From a virus (Duplodnaviria; Caudoviricetes), in the IMG/VR virus record IMGVR_UViG_3300029288_000072, positions 64,001-128,000 of that record: a stretch of 64,000 bases of DNA; one strand, 5' to 3'. A program made the translations under genes and the position numbers. Below are positions 30,515 through 42,200 of the stretch, piece by piece (positions within the stretch are counted from its first letter, which is position 1; every line of letters begins with the position of its first letter). Under the pieces are notes generated by a model, which worked only from the letters and a program-made list of their open reading frames with translations, ran no database searches and was not told the DNA's origin.

Positions 30515-32263
30515 TTAATTTATACAGTCTTGCCCCTCTCCAATAAATAAATCTTCGTGTTCACCTGCAGAAGGTTGGTCATCAGGAGGAACAGCAATAC
30601 CTATTTTTGTTCCTAAAATGATGAGATTACCTTCAAATGTATCTGCATCATTTTCTGCATCTCTTGATATTGTAAAATATACTAATGATCCTCTATTTGA
30701 TGTCAAATCTTCATAAAAGTTTCCGTACATTTCAAAATATCCAAGTCCACCCTGTAAGTATCTTGATAGAATAGGAACATTATATGTATATCTAGTATAA
30801 TCAATTAAACTTGGGTTTGCAAAATCGTTTGTATTTACTACTTTTACCCATATATCAAATTTTACATACCCACAAATAGTGTCTAAATCTGATGCGCTTG
30901 TACATGCCGATGTTCCAGAGAACTCATTTTCACTAACTGCAAACGTAATACCCATAAATGACAGACCAGGATCCGGTCCATCAACTCTCATATCAAAATG
31001 GGCATATCGTGTAAATTCTGGATCAAATTCTAATCCATGCGTTGCCGGAATACTAAATGGTACATCAGCACCAAATGATAAATCAACACTTCTTGGCCCA
31101 TTTTCTTGATCCCAATCTAACTGATCCACGTTTTTAACAAATTGTGTTAGACAAATCCAATCTTGTTTTGTCATTAAATTAGGTAATAATACATTTCCGC
31201 ATCCATTACCAACATGGCGACCATTTACAGTCGTAACATTCCATTTTGTTATTCCATTTATATAATCATAAAATTCATTAATATCTGCATTTGTAATGTT
31301 ATATTCTTCAAATGGATGAGGAAGACCACCCATAAACATATTAGAAATTGCTATTGCTCCGTCTACTTTTGTTCTTCTAATTCTTATTTTTATTGTTTCT
31401 GTATTTTTACCAACTTTAAATTTTAAAATATTTGTTCTATATTTAGGTAGCCAGTTATCATGTTTTGCATACAGATCGTGATGTGGCCATGGACCAAGAA
31501 CAATTACTTCTTGAATTGTTCCAACTGCGCCTACAATTTCAATACCAACATCTTCATATCTTGCATAACAATTTGTTGATAAATCTGGTTCACATGTTCC
31601 ATCAGCAGGAGATCCTGTTGTAGCACTCGTTCCGCTTGTTCCAGTTCCACTTGTTCCGCTAGTCCCCGTTCCTGTTGTACCAGTCGTTCCAGCAGATAAA
31701 CAATTTGGTATTCCTACAAATTCTACATTTGTAATAGTAGAACTATCACAATATGGTATTTCACTGTCAAATGGCACATTAGGTACTAATGAGTTTAAAT
31801 ATACACCCGTTCCTTTAATAGCAAATATTAATTCCCCACCACGCAAGAAAGTTGGAATATAAAAGTCTCTTTCTAGCCAAATTCCATGAGATCCATTTGT
31901 ATCGGTATATGATATACCACCTTTATATACTAGTAAATCGCTAGCACCTTCTAATTGGATATCTGTTTCATTTGAAACTGACCCATCATTAATTGCTAAC
32001 CATGAATGTTTTTTCTCAAAACAATCGAATTTTCCGCCATTAAAAAATATTTTGTTTCCAGAACTATCATAATCTAAAATATTACCATATATTAAACTTA
32101 ATAATTGGCTATTATTTGAAGACGAATTGTTTAATAAATTTAATAAAAATTGTTGATTATGTAACAATTCTAAATGAGGAAGATTCGCGTTTTCGTCTGT
32201 AACGTTAACGCTAGGATTTAATAATGATATGTCTTGAATGAACGAATCGCCAAAATTTGTCAT
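30515..32263 (-). CDS. virion structural protein with GT/GS-rich linker
   Basis: Lies in the baseplate operon; GTTGTTGTGTSGTSGTGTSG linker. Confidence 0.7.
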   Translation of the reverse strand: MTNFGDSFIQDISLLNPSVNVTDENANLPHLELLHNQQFLLNLLNNSSSNNSQLLSLIYGNILDYDSSGNKIFFNGGKFDCFEKKHSWLAINDGSVSNETDIQLEGASDLLVYKGGISYTDTNGSHGIWLERDFYIPTFLRGGELIFAIKGTGVYLNSLVPNVPFDSEIPYCDSSTITNVEFVGIPNCLSAGTTGTTGTGTSGTSGTGTSGTSATTGSPADGTCEPDLSTNCYARYEDVGIEIVGAVGTIQEVIVLGPWPHHDLYAKHDNWLPKYRTNILKFKVGKNTETIKIRIRRTKVDGAIAISNMFMGGLPHPFEEYNITNADINEFYDYINGITKWNVTTVNGRHVGNGCGNVLLPNLMTKQDWICLTQFVKNVDQLDWDQENGPRSVDLSFGADVPFSIPATHGLEFDPEFTRYAHFDMRVDGPDPGLSFMGITFAVSENEFSGTSACTSASDLDTICGYVKFDIWVKVVNTNDFANPSLIDYTRYTYNVPILSRYLQGGLGYFEMYGNFYEDLTSNRGSLVYFTISRDAENDADTFEGNLIILGTKIGIAVPPDDQPSAGEHEDLFIGEGQDCIN

Positions 32264-32278
32264 TTTTTATTATCCCTT

Positions 32279-35200
32279 TTAGATTATTTCATTCCACCAT
32301 TCGATGCCATTCTTGATAACTGCCCAATGTACGATGCAATTTACTGGTGCGCTTGTTTTTATGTTAAAACTATTCATTTCTTTTTCTGTCCAGTACATAT
32401 TTATATTTTCGTTGGAGGATAATAGGATTGAATATCCTGGATCTGTTGGATCTATGGACATTTCCCCTGGATCTAAACCAACTTCTGGTTCTATTATAAG
32501 TTCGCTATCTACCCAATAATTTAAATTTGGTTCTAATACAACAGGATCACCAGATGTTCCGGTTGTTCCTGTCGTTCCGGATGTTAATGCTGATCCATTT
32601 GTTATTTCTCGTTTGCCAACATATAAACTATCTGGTGTAAATATACCACCAAACATATCTTTATGGAATGCCATCCAACATACTTCTCTTGTCAAATAAT
32701 GACTTGATGATATGGTAAAACGGTCTTCACATAATTGATTCCAATATAATTTATCATTTGTTGGTGAACAAATAAACATATAATAATCAGTATCTTTAAA
32801 TGGTGATATAAATTTAATTGTTTCACTCTTAACTTTTCCAGATATCTTAAAAATACCAGATTTAAATACGCTAGAATTGATTGGCTTTGCAATTACCCAA
32901 TCAATTAGTTTGTTATATCCATTATATGAAGTTTTTAGATCAAATGTATTATTTGATAAACGTTCATAAAATGTATTTACGTTTTCATTTGCTGATACTG
33001 CTATCAGACCAGAAAGATTTTTATTGGTTGCCACACCAGCACCCCCTTCTCCTGCTTCCAAAATTTCTATACCAGATATTTTTACATCATTTACTTCTGT
33101 ATATGCGGGTTTAAATACTGAAGCTACATTTTTAATAAATTCAGTAAATTTTAATTTTTTATCATCATCAAATAAAAGACCATCTTCTGTCGGTAAATCC
33201 ATATCTATATTAAAGTAATTAGATTTATAAACTTTAGCTAATCCATAAAAATATTCTTTTTCTATTTTTGTTAATCTTAGTTGATTATCAAATGATTTTT
33301 CATATATTAATGGATCACCAACTTCAAATATTGCACCATTTACGAATGATGTTCTACTATCATCAATAATAAAATCAAAGTGCCATGCACCAATAAATGC
33401 CGTTAAATATAGATTATTTTTTAAATATATATATGAATTTTTTATATCTATATAATTATCTGTTTTATTTATTTTATCATAAAATAGATATAATCTGTTT
33501 GTACTTATACCAAAATCTTTTAATTTTATCCATAAAACTACCATATCTCTATCATAATCATATGTAGAAACTTTAAACTCTAATGGAGTTTTTTGGTTAT
33601 TTTCAGAATAGATTCTTATAGTTTTATCATTTATTGATAATTTATTAAAATCAAATGGGTATTTTACTTCTAAATTATAATTAATAGCAGAATCCGATGC
33701 AGAAACATATGCATTTCCATATAATACCAATGGTATTACTAATTCACCAGATTGTTCTTGCCCTGCTCCTGCTTGTATTATATTATCAATATCAATGATT
33801 CTATAATATTTAAATTCTGATTGTTCAATTTGTCTTTGTGGATTTACGGGCAATTCTTTACTAATATTAATATCCAATTCATTTAATAATATTTTTTGAA
33901 TATTAGGAATATAGTAATTTTTAACAATCCCAGATGAATTAAACACATCAAAATAATTCATATCCATAGAAAATTCTTTTTCTGGATTAATAAATAAATA
34001 ACTTATATTTTTTATATCATTTGAATATGTTGTTACTTCTATTATTGGTTCTGTATTTCCTTTAAAATAAACTTCATATCTAATCATAAACTTATTAACA
34101 TTAAACGAATTTGAATATATATTTCGTATTCCTATATTTACAGATATTGTTTGATAATGATCTAATTCAAAAATATATTGTAAATCTTTTCTAATCAAAG
34201 ACGAATATTCTTTTCCAATTTCAGAATCAGATGATTGACCATCTAACAAATTGTGTATAGTTATAACTTCTTCTAAATTAGTATCTAATGTTTTTGTTCT
34301 CCAAATATTTCTATAAAAATTATATTCAAGTGTAAATGGTACTAATATATTTTCCGATTCTGGAATTGATGATATTATTGGAATCCATATATCTTTATAA
34401 GTTCTATCTATCCAATATTTAGGAATTGACAATGATCCTGCATCAGATAAATCAATTATATTTTTTTGAAACCATGCCAATTCTACTATATCACCATCAA
34501 TAATATTTTCCATTGTATTTGTTGTTAAATATACATCATTTAAACTATTATAAATTGATGTATCATTTCTTATTTTTATAGATGTATCTACAGTAATAGA
34601 CTGCGTTTGTTCTATATCAACAGGCAATTCGTAAGTAACAAATCTATTACCTATTTTAAACTCTTTTCCATGTATTGAATTAATATCTACATATCTACTT
34701 CCATCTAATAAGTATTTTATTTCTCTTGTAGATGATATATCTCTTGATATTTCAGTTGATTCTGAAATTATTAAAGAATTATATTTATTTTTTGCATTAT
34801 TAAATGATGTTATTTGTGATATAGTTGGTATAGAATTTGGTAATAATCTTTGAGAAAATACTTCAGCGTCTTCCCCTGGATAATTATTAAATGAACTATA
34901 TTGTTCAGAGTTATCTAAATCTTTTTCAAAAATATATAATAATTGATTTCTATTTAAATTAACAGATTCTAATTCCAATAATGCTTTATTTTTTGTGTTT
35001 TGTGTAAATAGAATAAATAGATCATCAATTTGTTGCATATTTATAAATGTAGTATATTTTCTTATAATTTTATGATCTAAAACATTATATGTTTCTATTC
35101 TTCTATTATCCCATCCAGTTGATAAGTTTACAAATATTGATGATGTCCAAATATGTGTAAATAATTCATCTACTGATATTCTATCATATCTATCATAATA

Positions 35201-36277
35201 TCCAAAGTAAAATAATGTACATAAATCATTTACTGATACTTCTTCATTCCAAAAAATATAAAATTTATTTTGATCATAATATGATTTTTTTATATCTATA
35301 ATATCTTTTGATACATGTTTTTCTTTTTCAACTAATCCAGAATCAAATACTAGACGTACTTGAACATATTTATTATTGTCTGAAATAGATGATGGTTCTA
35401 TAACCAATAAATAATATAAAGTTGTTAGAGATCCTGTTAATAATTGCGAATAAAATAATAATATCTTATCATCTACAGAAAATATTTGTTTAATATTAAA
35501 CTCAGATACATCTACTTCTTTTGGTATTAATTCTTTCAATATAAATGTTGATCCATCACCAGAAGTTATTGTATAATCAAACCAATTTGATAACGAAACT
35601 CGACCTTTTAATTTTTTATAATCAATTTTTAATGCTGTTGTATCCAGAGTATCATATTCTATAACATTAATTGTAAATGATTCAAATGCTTCATTTTCTG
35701 GCATTTCTGTTTTATCAACAACCAATTCTCTTTTTATCCATAATTTCAAAACGCTATTTGCAGGAATTTCTGATGGTAAATCCGGAAGAGTTAATGTTTT
35801 TGCAAATGTTAATGCTGATAATTTTTCTGTGGAATCATACTCATCATCTAAAAATGATGATGGATTTTGTGGTCGTCTAAAATCAGCAGGAATTGGTCTT
35901 GAAACCTCTGCTAAAGTATAAATTGCTTCTGCTGCAATAGATACATCTGTTAATGTCACCCCAATAAAAACATCCTGTACAACATCACCAACATTTATTT
36001 CATTTAATTGAAAACTTTCCTCTCCGCTATTTAAAATGTATATACATCTATAATTAATATTATTTTTTATAAAATCTGATGGAACAATAGGGTCAAATAA
36101 TTCTTGACTATCGTTTTCTAATTGATGTTCTACTACATATATATTTTCAAGTGTTTCGCTTGTAAATATTTGACCGCCTAAAGATCTACCAAAAACAATT
36201 TTATCAACACTCATTCCTACAGGAAAATTGTCTTTATTACCTCTTGTTAAATGAAATTTAATGTTTTCGTTTGACAT
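32279..36277 (-). CDS. large baseplate-associated protein (DUF2341-like domain, KPAYT motif, three C-terminal modules)
   Basis: SLGG..LFD..YRCIYILN N-terminus; FDF...IRIYS...LWIKL...LYLFYD...GAWHF DUF2341-like; coupled to upstream gene by TGATG. Confidence 0.75.
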   Translation of the reverse strand: MSNENIKFHLTRGNKDNFPVGMSVDKIVFGRSLGGQIFTSETLENIYVVEHQLENDSQELFDPIVPSDFIKNNINYRCIYILNSGEESFQLNEINVGDVVQDVFIGVTLTDVSIAAEAIYTLAEVSRPIPADFRRPQNPSSFLDDEYDSTEKLSALTFAKTLTLPDLPSEIPANSVLKLWIKRELVVDKTEMPENEAFESFTINVIEYDTLDTTALKIDYKKLKGRVSLSNWFDYTITSGDGSTFILKELIPKEVDVSEFNIKQIFSVDDKILLFYSQLLTGSLTTLYYLLVIEPSSISDNNKYVQVRLVFDSGLVEKEKHVSKDIIDIKKSYYDQNKFYIFWNEEVSVNDLCTLFYFGYYDRYDRISVDELFTHIWTSSIFVNLSTGWDNRRIETYNVLDHKIIRKYTTFINMQQIDDLFILFTQNTKNKALLELESVNLNRNQLLYIFEKDLDNSEQYSSFNNYPGEDAEVFSQRLLPNSIPTISQITSFNNAKNKYNSLIISESTEISRDISSTREIKYLLDGSRYVDINSIHGKEFKIGNRFVTYELPVDIEQTQSITVDTSIKIRNDTSIYNSLNDVYLTTNTMENIIDGDIVELAWFQKNIIDLSDAGSLSIPKYWIDRTYKDIWIPIISSIPESENILVPFTLEYNFYRNIWRTKTLDTNLEEVITIHNLLDGQSSDSEIGKEYSSLIRKDLQYIFELDHYQTISVNIGIRNIYSNSFNVNKFMIRYEVYFKGNTEPIIEVTTYSNDIKNISYLFINPEKEFSMDMNYFDVFNSSGIVKNYYIPNIQKILLNELDINISKELPVNPQRQIEQSEFKYYRIIDIDNIIQAGAGQEQSGELVIPLVLYGNAYVSASDSAINYNLEVKYPFDFNKLSINDKTIRIYSENNQKTPLEFKVSTYDYDRDMVVLWIKLKDFGISTNRLYLFYDKINKTDNYIDIKNSYIYLKNNLYLTAFIGAWHFDFIIDDSRTSFVNGAIFEVGDPLIYEKSFDNQLRLTKIEKEYFYGLAKVYKSNYFNIDMDLPTEDGLLFDDDKKLKFTEFIKNVASVFKPAYTEVNDVKISGIEILEAGEGGAGVATNKNLSGLIAVSANENVNTFYERLSNNTFDLKTSYNGYNKLIDWVIAKPINSSVFKSGIFKISGKVKSETIKFISPFKDTDYYMFICSPTNDKLYWNQLCEDRFTISSSHYLTREVCWMAFHKDMFGGIFTPDSLYVGKREITNGSALTSGTTGTTGTSGDPVVLEPNLNYWVDSELIIEPEVGLDPGEMSIDPTDPGYSILLSSNENINMYWTEKEMNSFNIKTSAPVNCIVHWAVIKNGIEWWNEII

Positions 36278-39200
36278 CAGATTATATCCTCAAAAATTAT
36301 ATTCAATCTATTATCATTTATATAAACATTGCTAATTATTTTATTAGAAATATCTAAATATTCTGTCAGGCTATCTGTATAAAAAGTTTTATCTTTAATT
36401 AATATTGGATATTCTTTTGTAAATCCTTCATGATATGCCCTTACAAATAATGAATATCTTGCCCACGTACCATTTAATGGCCAATTTATAACTCTATCAC
36501 CAGATATTGTTACTATAACTTCATCATTCACTGTTATCACACTATTAGATCCAGTAATTTCTCCTGATGTACCAGATACATACCCTACCTCTCTTGTAAC
36601 AATATTACCAGTTTCAAATGTTCTATTTATTGTTATTTTAGAAGCATTTGGTATAGTTTGTAATAATTGTTTATATTGTACTACACCATAATTATTTGTA
36701 CCCGCTTCTATAGACCAAGTAAATGTATTGTCTCCTACTGTAAATCTGTTTATACCTATTCCGCTATCACTTAATAATTTTTTCTCTACAATTATAATTT
36801 TGTCATTGACAACTTTAAAAGAATCTACTTTATTTGGATATTTTTCTGGATATGATGTATCAAATTGATAAAATAAATCATCATCAATCAATATTAATAA
36901 CATTCCATTTAGAGTAGAATCGACATTTCTTATTTCCACGTCTGTTTCTAATGTGAATCCACTTTGAATTTTATACAATAAATCATTAAATGCTACTACA
37001 TCAAATGCGGATCCATATGTATATTTTTTAGATACATTTGATGAATATTTAACATTTGATATATAAGTTTTATCGTTAAATACTCTAAAACCACAATATT
37101 GTCCATTTATTGGAAGTGTTGATGCAAATTCTTCTGAGAATTTATCAAATGTAAAGTCTTGGCTTACTTTACTGCTAAGTTTATCTGGATATGTTATTGT
37201 CAATTCTTCTAAACCTATTAATATTGATTGTAATGTTTCATACTCACCTTTTAGATATCTTTCAGTCAATTTCTCATATTTTTTGTTGATGTTATAATTA
37301 ATAATTAATTTTTCTCCATCTCCTTTTTCATTAAAATATATTTTAATATTTTCTGTAGAAACATCTGCTTTAATAGAATACCATTTATCACTTACAACAT
37401 TTCTCATATTATAATCACCAAATGATACTAAGAATGTATCATTTACGATATTTCCATTGATATCGTAAGATCTCATTCCAAGACCAACATCAAACCCATT
37501 AGTTCCTGTTCCTACATAATAAAAATCTGTTATTCCCCATTCGTTTGCGACGGGAATAAACTTAGAATTTGCATTTAAAATTAGTTCAAAATTTCTACTA
37601 TATGGATATGTAGTAATTGTTTTATCAAATATGAAGTCGCATGAAATAGAATAATTATTAGACTCGGTTGTTATTAATTCCATTATATTTCTAAATCCGA
37701 CATTATTAGTAAATCCTACTGTTTTACTATCTATTGATGTATCATTTGATCCAGCAAATTCTTTAATAGTTGTATTATCGAATTTATCTAATGCTTGATA
37801 GACATTACTATTTTTATATTGAGTTATATTGTAAGGAAAAGAGGATCCTGTATATTTTAATTCTGTATCAACACTACGAGTTCCTACAACATAATATTTA
37901 CTATTATCTACACACGTCATCCAATTTATTTCTCTATTATTGTAAAAATCATCATATAATGATGTTGTAGTAGACTCTGATAATGATGGATCAATATATA
38001 ATGACATACTAATATCAGATCCAATAAATTTATTGAAACTATATTTGTCAGTATATAATAATATATTACCATTATCAACATTATATTGGTCTTTATCAAT
38101 AGTATAATAATTTACATTTACAGAATTTATTTGTTTTATCCAATTTATATAATTTTCTAATATAACTGGTATAGAGAAAAATCCTTGATATCCGTCAGAT
38201 GATCCTAATGTAATAGTCTGTTCAATTGCGTCTGGTGTATTATCACCATCTATCTCATAGCAATTTCTGTTACTATATATTATGTTAATTTGGGATCCAA
38301 TTGGAGGAATAGACGTATCATAAAATGCCCAATATTTATTCATTTCAAACACTGGATCTGTTATTTTATAATAAACATTTTTTACTTTAAAACAATTAAT
38401 AAATTGTTGGTTCCAATCTGTTACATCCCATCCAACCATTTCACTTCCAGATATACCATCAGAGTGTGTATGGAACCAGTTAAAAGAACCGACAGGACTA
38501 AAAGTTCTCTTTCCTATGGTTTCAATATTATAATAATTACCAAACATCAGATATTCTTTATTTTGTTCTGTTACCAATTCTAATGAAATTGGTGCAGACA
38601 TAGTATCACCAATTTCTATTATATTGAATGTTCCTGTTATTCCGTTAACATCAAAATATGTTGAATCCCATGATGAAGACGAAACACACCATTCGCCATC
38701 AACAATATATGTACCCAAATCCGCATTAAAATCGTCATCTAATGATAATTTTATTCCAGCAGAATCTATAGTTTGACCATAAAAAGATTCTCCTATATCA
38801 GAATATCCGGTAAATAAAATATTATTACTATTATTTGGATATAACGGGGTTGTCTTTCTACGTAGCCAAATGTTTGTTGGCATCCACCAATTAAACTGAT
38901 TTTCAAACTCATCATCAATTACATTATTTTCCATTACAGGATATAACACTTCAAAATATTTTACTATATTTTGTAATTCATCTGGTAGAAAATATGCATT
39001 TGATACAAAATTTGTACATTCTGTATTGGAAGAATCTCTATATAGATAATTTCCGCTATTACATTCTTCTGGAATATTTTGTTTTATAACAGCATTATTA
39101 TATTTTGTTATTTTTGCTATTAGTGGAATGTCATAATCAATATGATATGTACACTTTACTTTTGATTTATATTGTATTTCAAATGTATTTAAAGAGTCTA

Positions 39201-42200
39201 TTATAAAACATATGTTATTTGTTGTATCTGCAGATGTAAAATGAGATGAATCTAAATGAGCATATACTCCTATTAAATTAATTCCAATATTTGATGATAA
39301 AATTGCAGCAGGAGGCATAAATGTCATATTAGACGAATCTAATTTACCTATAGGTATAAAATATTCTATAGTATTAACATAACTTCCATCTATTTCTATT
39401 GATGTTTCTGGTAATGTTAATTCATATAATCCATAAATTATAGCATGTTCGCAGTATCTACATTGTAATTTTGTAAATGCTTGTGTATTATTTATCTGAA
39501 CTCCAATCTTTTCAGAATTTCTATTTATTATTGTAAAAACTGGGTTTTCTACAATTCCAAGCGTAGGAACTGTTATTGTTTCATTTGCAGAATACGGTAA
39601 TACTTCTTCAAATACACCATTAAATGTTCCTGTATTTGTAGCTTTTATTAATGTATTTAATGTAGTTTCAAGAAGTAATTTTGTATTTTCATCTTCATCT
39701 CTTGTTATACTACTAATATATTCAATAACCAAATCATCATTTTCTCTTAATGCAGCAATTGTATGGGGTCTTATTTTTGCAGATTCCGATATATATTGAT
39801 TGACTGTTATAAATGGATTTTGAGAATATTGTCCAATTGATTCTGACCATTCTACAAATGGCTCATAGAATTTGCCAATCGGAATGACTATAGAATCTAA
39901 AACATCATTAATTGAAGAGAATCTTTCATTTATAAAATCCTCATTAAATAATAAGTTTAAACGAGAACCATCCGAACTTACTACAACATTATCTGTAAAT
40001 ATTTCATTAACATTATTATTTGTTATTGAGTTTAAATATGATGGCAATTCAATTATTGTTTCACCAGCATAATCATCTTTTACTCTTGTTTGAAATTCGG
40101 TATTTGTTGGTTTTGATGAATCATTTATACCATAAGAATTATAATATAATACATCAGATGATCTATTTTCTTGATATTGTGGTTTTATATTTTTCCATTT
40201 ATCAATTGTCGTCAATCTATTATAATCATCATTATCTTTTGATTGTGTTATAAATCTATTGATTTTGAATATAGAATCTACAGAAAAGAATCCATAATAA
40301 CCCTTTTCTGTTATTGGTTCATATTTTTGTGGTATATCAAGTATATTTTTATCAAAATCTAAAGTTTCTGTTTGGACATCATCTTGTAATAAATCAATAT
40401 TTTCTAACAATAGTTGCCATGATTCGGATGCAAAATCATATGTTTTTAAATCAATAGAAATTGATTTTCTAATTTTATCAACTGCTTCTGTAAAAATAGA
40501 ATTTGGTCTATAATATACTGAAACTTTATTATCAGTTACAACCAATTTAAAATCATAATATGTATCATCTTCCATTTCAAGTTGGTGGTCGAGTTCATCA
40601 ACTATATTTTTATAAAATATTCTTTTATCTAAATCAGAACTCTCCGTATTCAAATTTAAATATCTAAAATATGTTGTTTCTATCTCGTCATTATATTCTG
40701 CATTTATTAACGAATATTCTCCGGTATATCCATTCATTATAAATGCATAATATGAGTCTACTGTTGCATATAAATCTTTACCGGAATTGTATCCTCTAAA
40801 TAATATACCAAACGTCTTTTTTGGAATATTAACATTTATTATCGAATCTGTGTTTGATATACTTACTGGAGAAATTCTTATTTCAATATCTAAATCTTTA
40901 TACTTATAATCTGTTGAAATAAATCCGGAAAGATTATTATTTGTATTATGAGAGTTAAAATATACTACTTTAATAGCGTCTCCACCTTCCAATATAGATG
41001 ATGGCATTATTAAATGCCCTTTTCCTATGCTATCTTCAATATCTTTTGAAAATTCATCAAGAGTAATTAATGCAGTAGATGGAATAATAGTTTTTGGCTG
41101 AACCGCCTCAAAAAATGTTCCTGCTTCTCGTATTACTTCATTCCATATTTTCCAGTATAATTTTAATTTTTTTGTAGCAAGAACATTATATGTTGTTTTC
41201 AATTCATATGCATAATATCCTGGCGATAATAAATAAAAGCCAGAATCTTGTGAATAATCATTAAACTCGGAATCCTGATATTCATTCTGTCTTAACTCTA
41301 TTAATCCATATTCCCCAGCTTTACCATATATTGATCTACTTACATCACCATCCGTAACTGTATATGAAAGATCGCCAGATGCTCGTATAAAAGTAAAATC
41401 ATTTAATGAATCGTATTCATTTAATTGATCTTCCGTATATGATACAGTATGTTTTAAACTAAATAGTGCAATGTGATTATTATCAGAATCATCACCATCA
41501 TTTCCAATATCCACAAAGAAATTATAATATCCTTGTGTCGTAACTTTTATAAATCCTCTACATACAACAAATAAATCTCTACTTGAATCTACTTTAGTTA
41601 AAGATGTAGAAAATAATTTATTATTTGTATCTGAGGTTGAAGAATTTATTAATGGTAATATAAACTGATCAGACGGTTTAAAGAAATTAATATCTGTATA
41701 TCCTGGTATATCTGGAGCATGTAATATTCCACTTTTCCAATTTGCCCATAAATAATCATCTGTATTGTTTATAGGATTTTCATCAATTTCGTCATCGCCA
41801 GATGGTAATCTTCCATAAATATTAATCAAACTACTTACATAATTATCCCTTACTCTCCACATTTTTACATTTGTTCCAGATGTTATTTTTCCTATTCCTG
41901 GCCATTCTTCATTAGCCACAATCATTGCACCAGAATCCGTACATGCTTCTCCATCATGTACTGGACAAACTGGCGTACTAAATGATCCACAGGTGGATAT
42001 ATTAGAAATTGATCTTCCATCTTCTCTAATTATTTTTATAATATTTGGAGAAGTTTCGTTTATTTCAAATTTTGCTTCGCATGAATCTTCTGAAATATTA
42101 TCCGTTGGGTATACATGTTTTGTTGAATAATGAAAGTTATCTAATATTAAATTAGATAAATTTGAACTTATATTTGCTGCAGAATTATTAAATCCAGAAA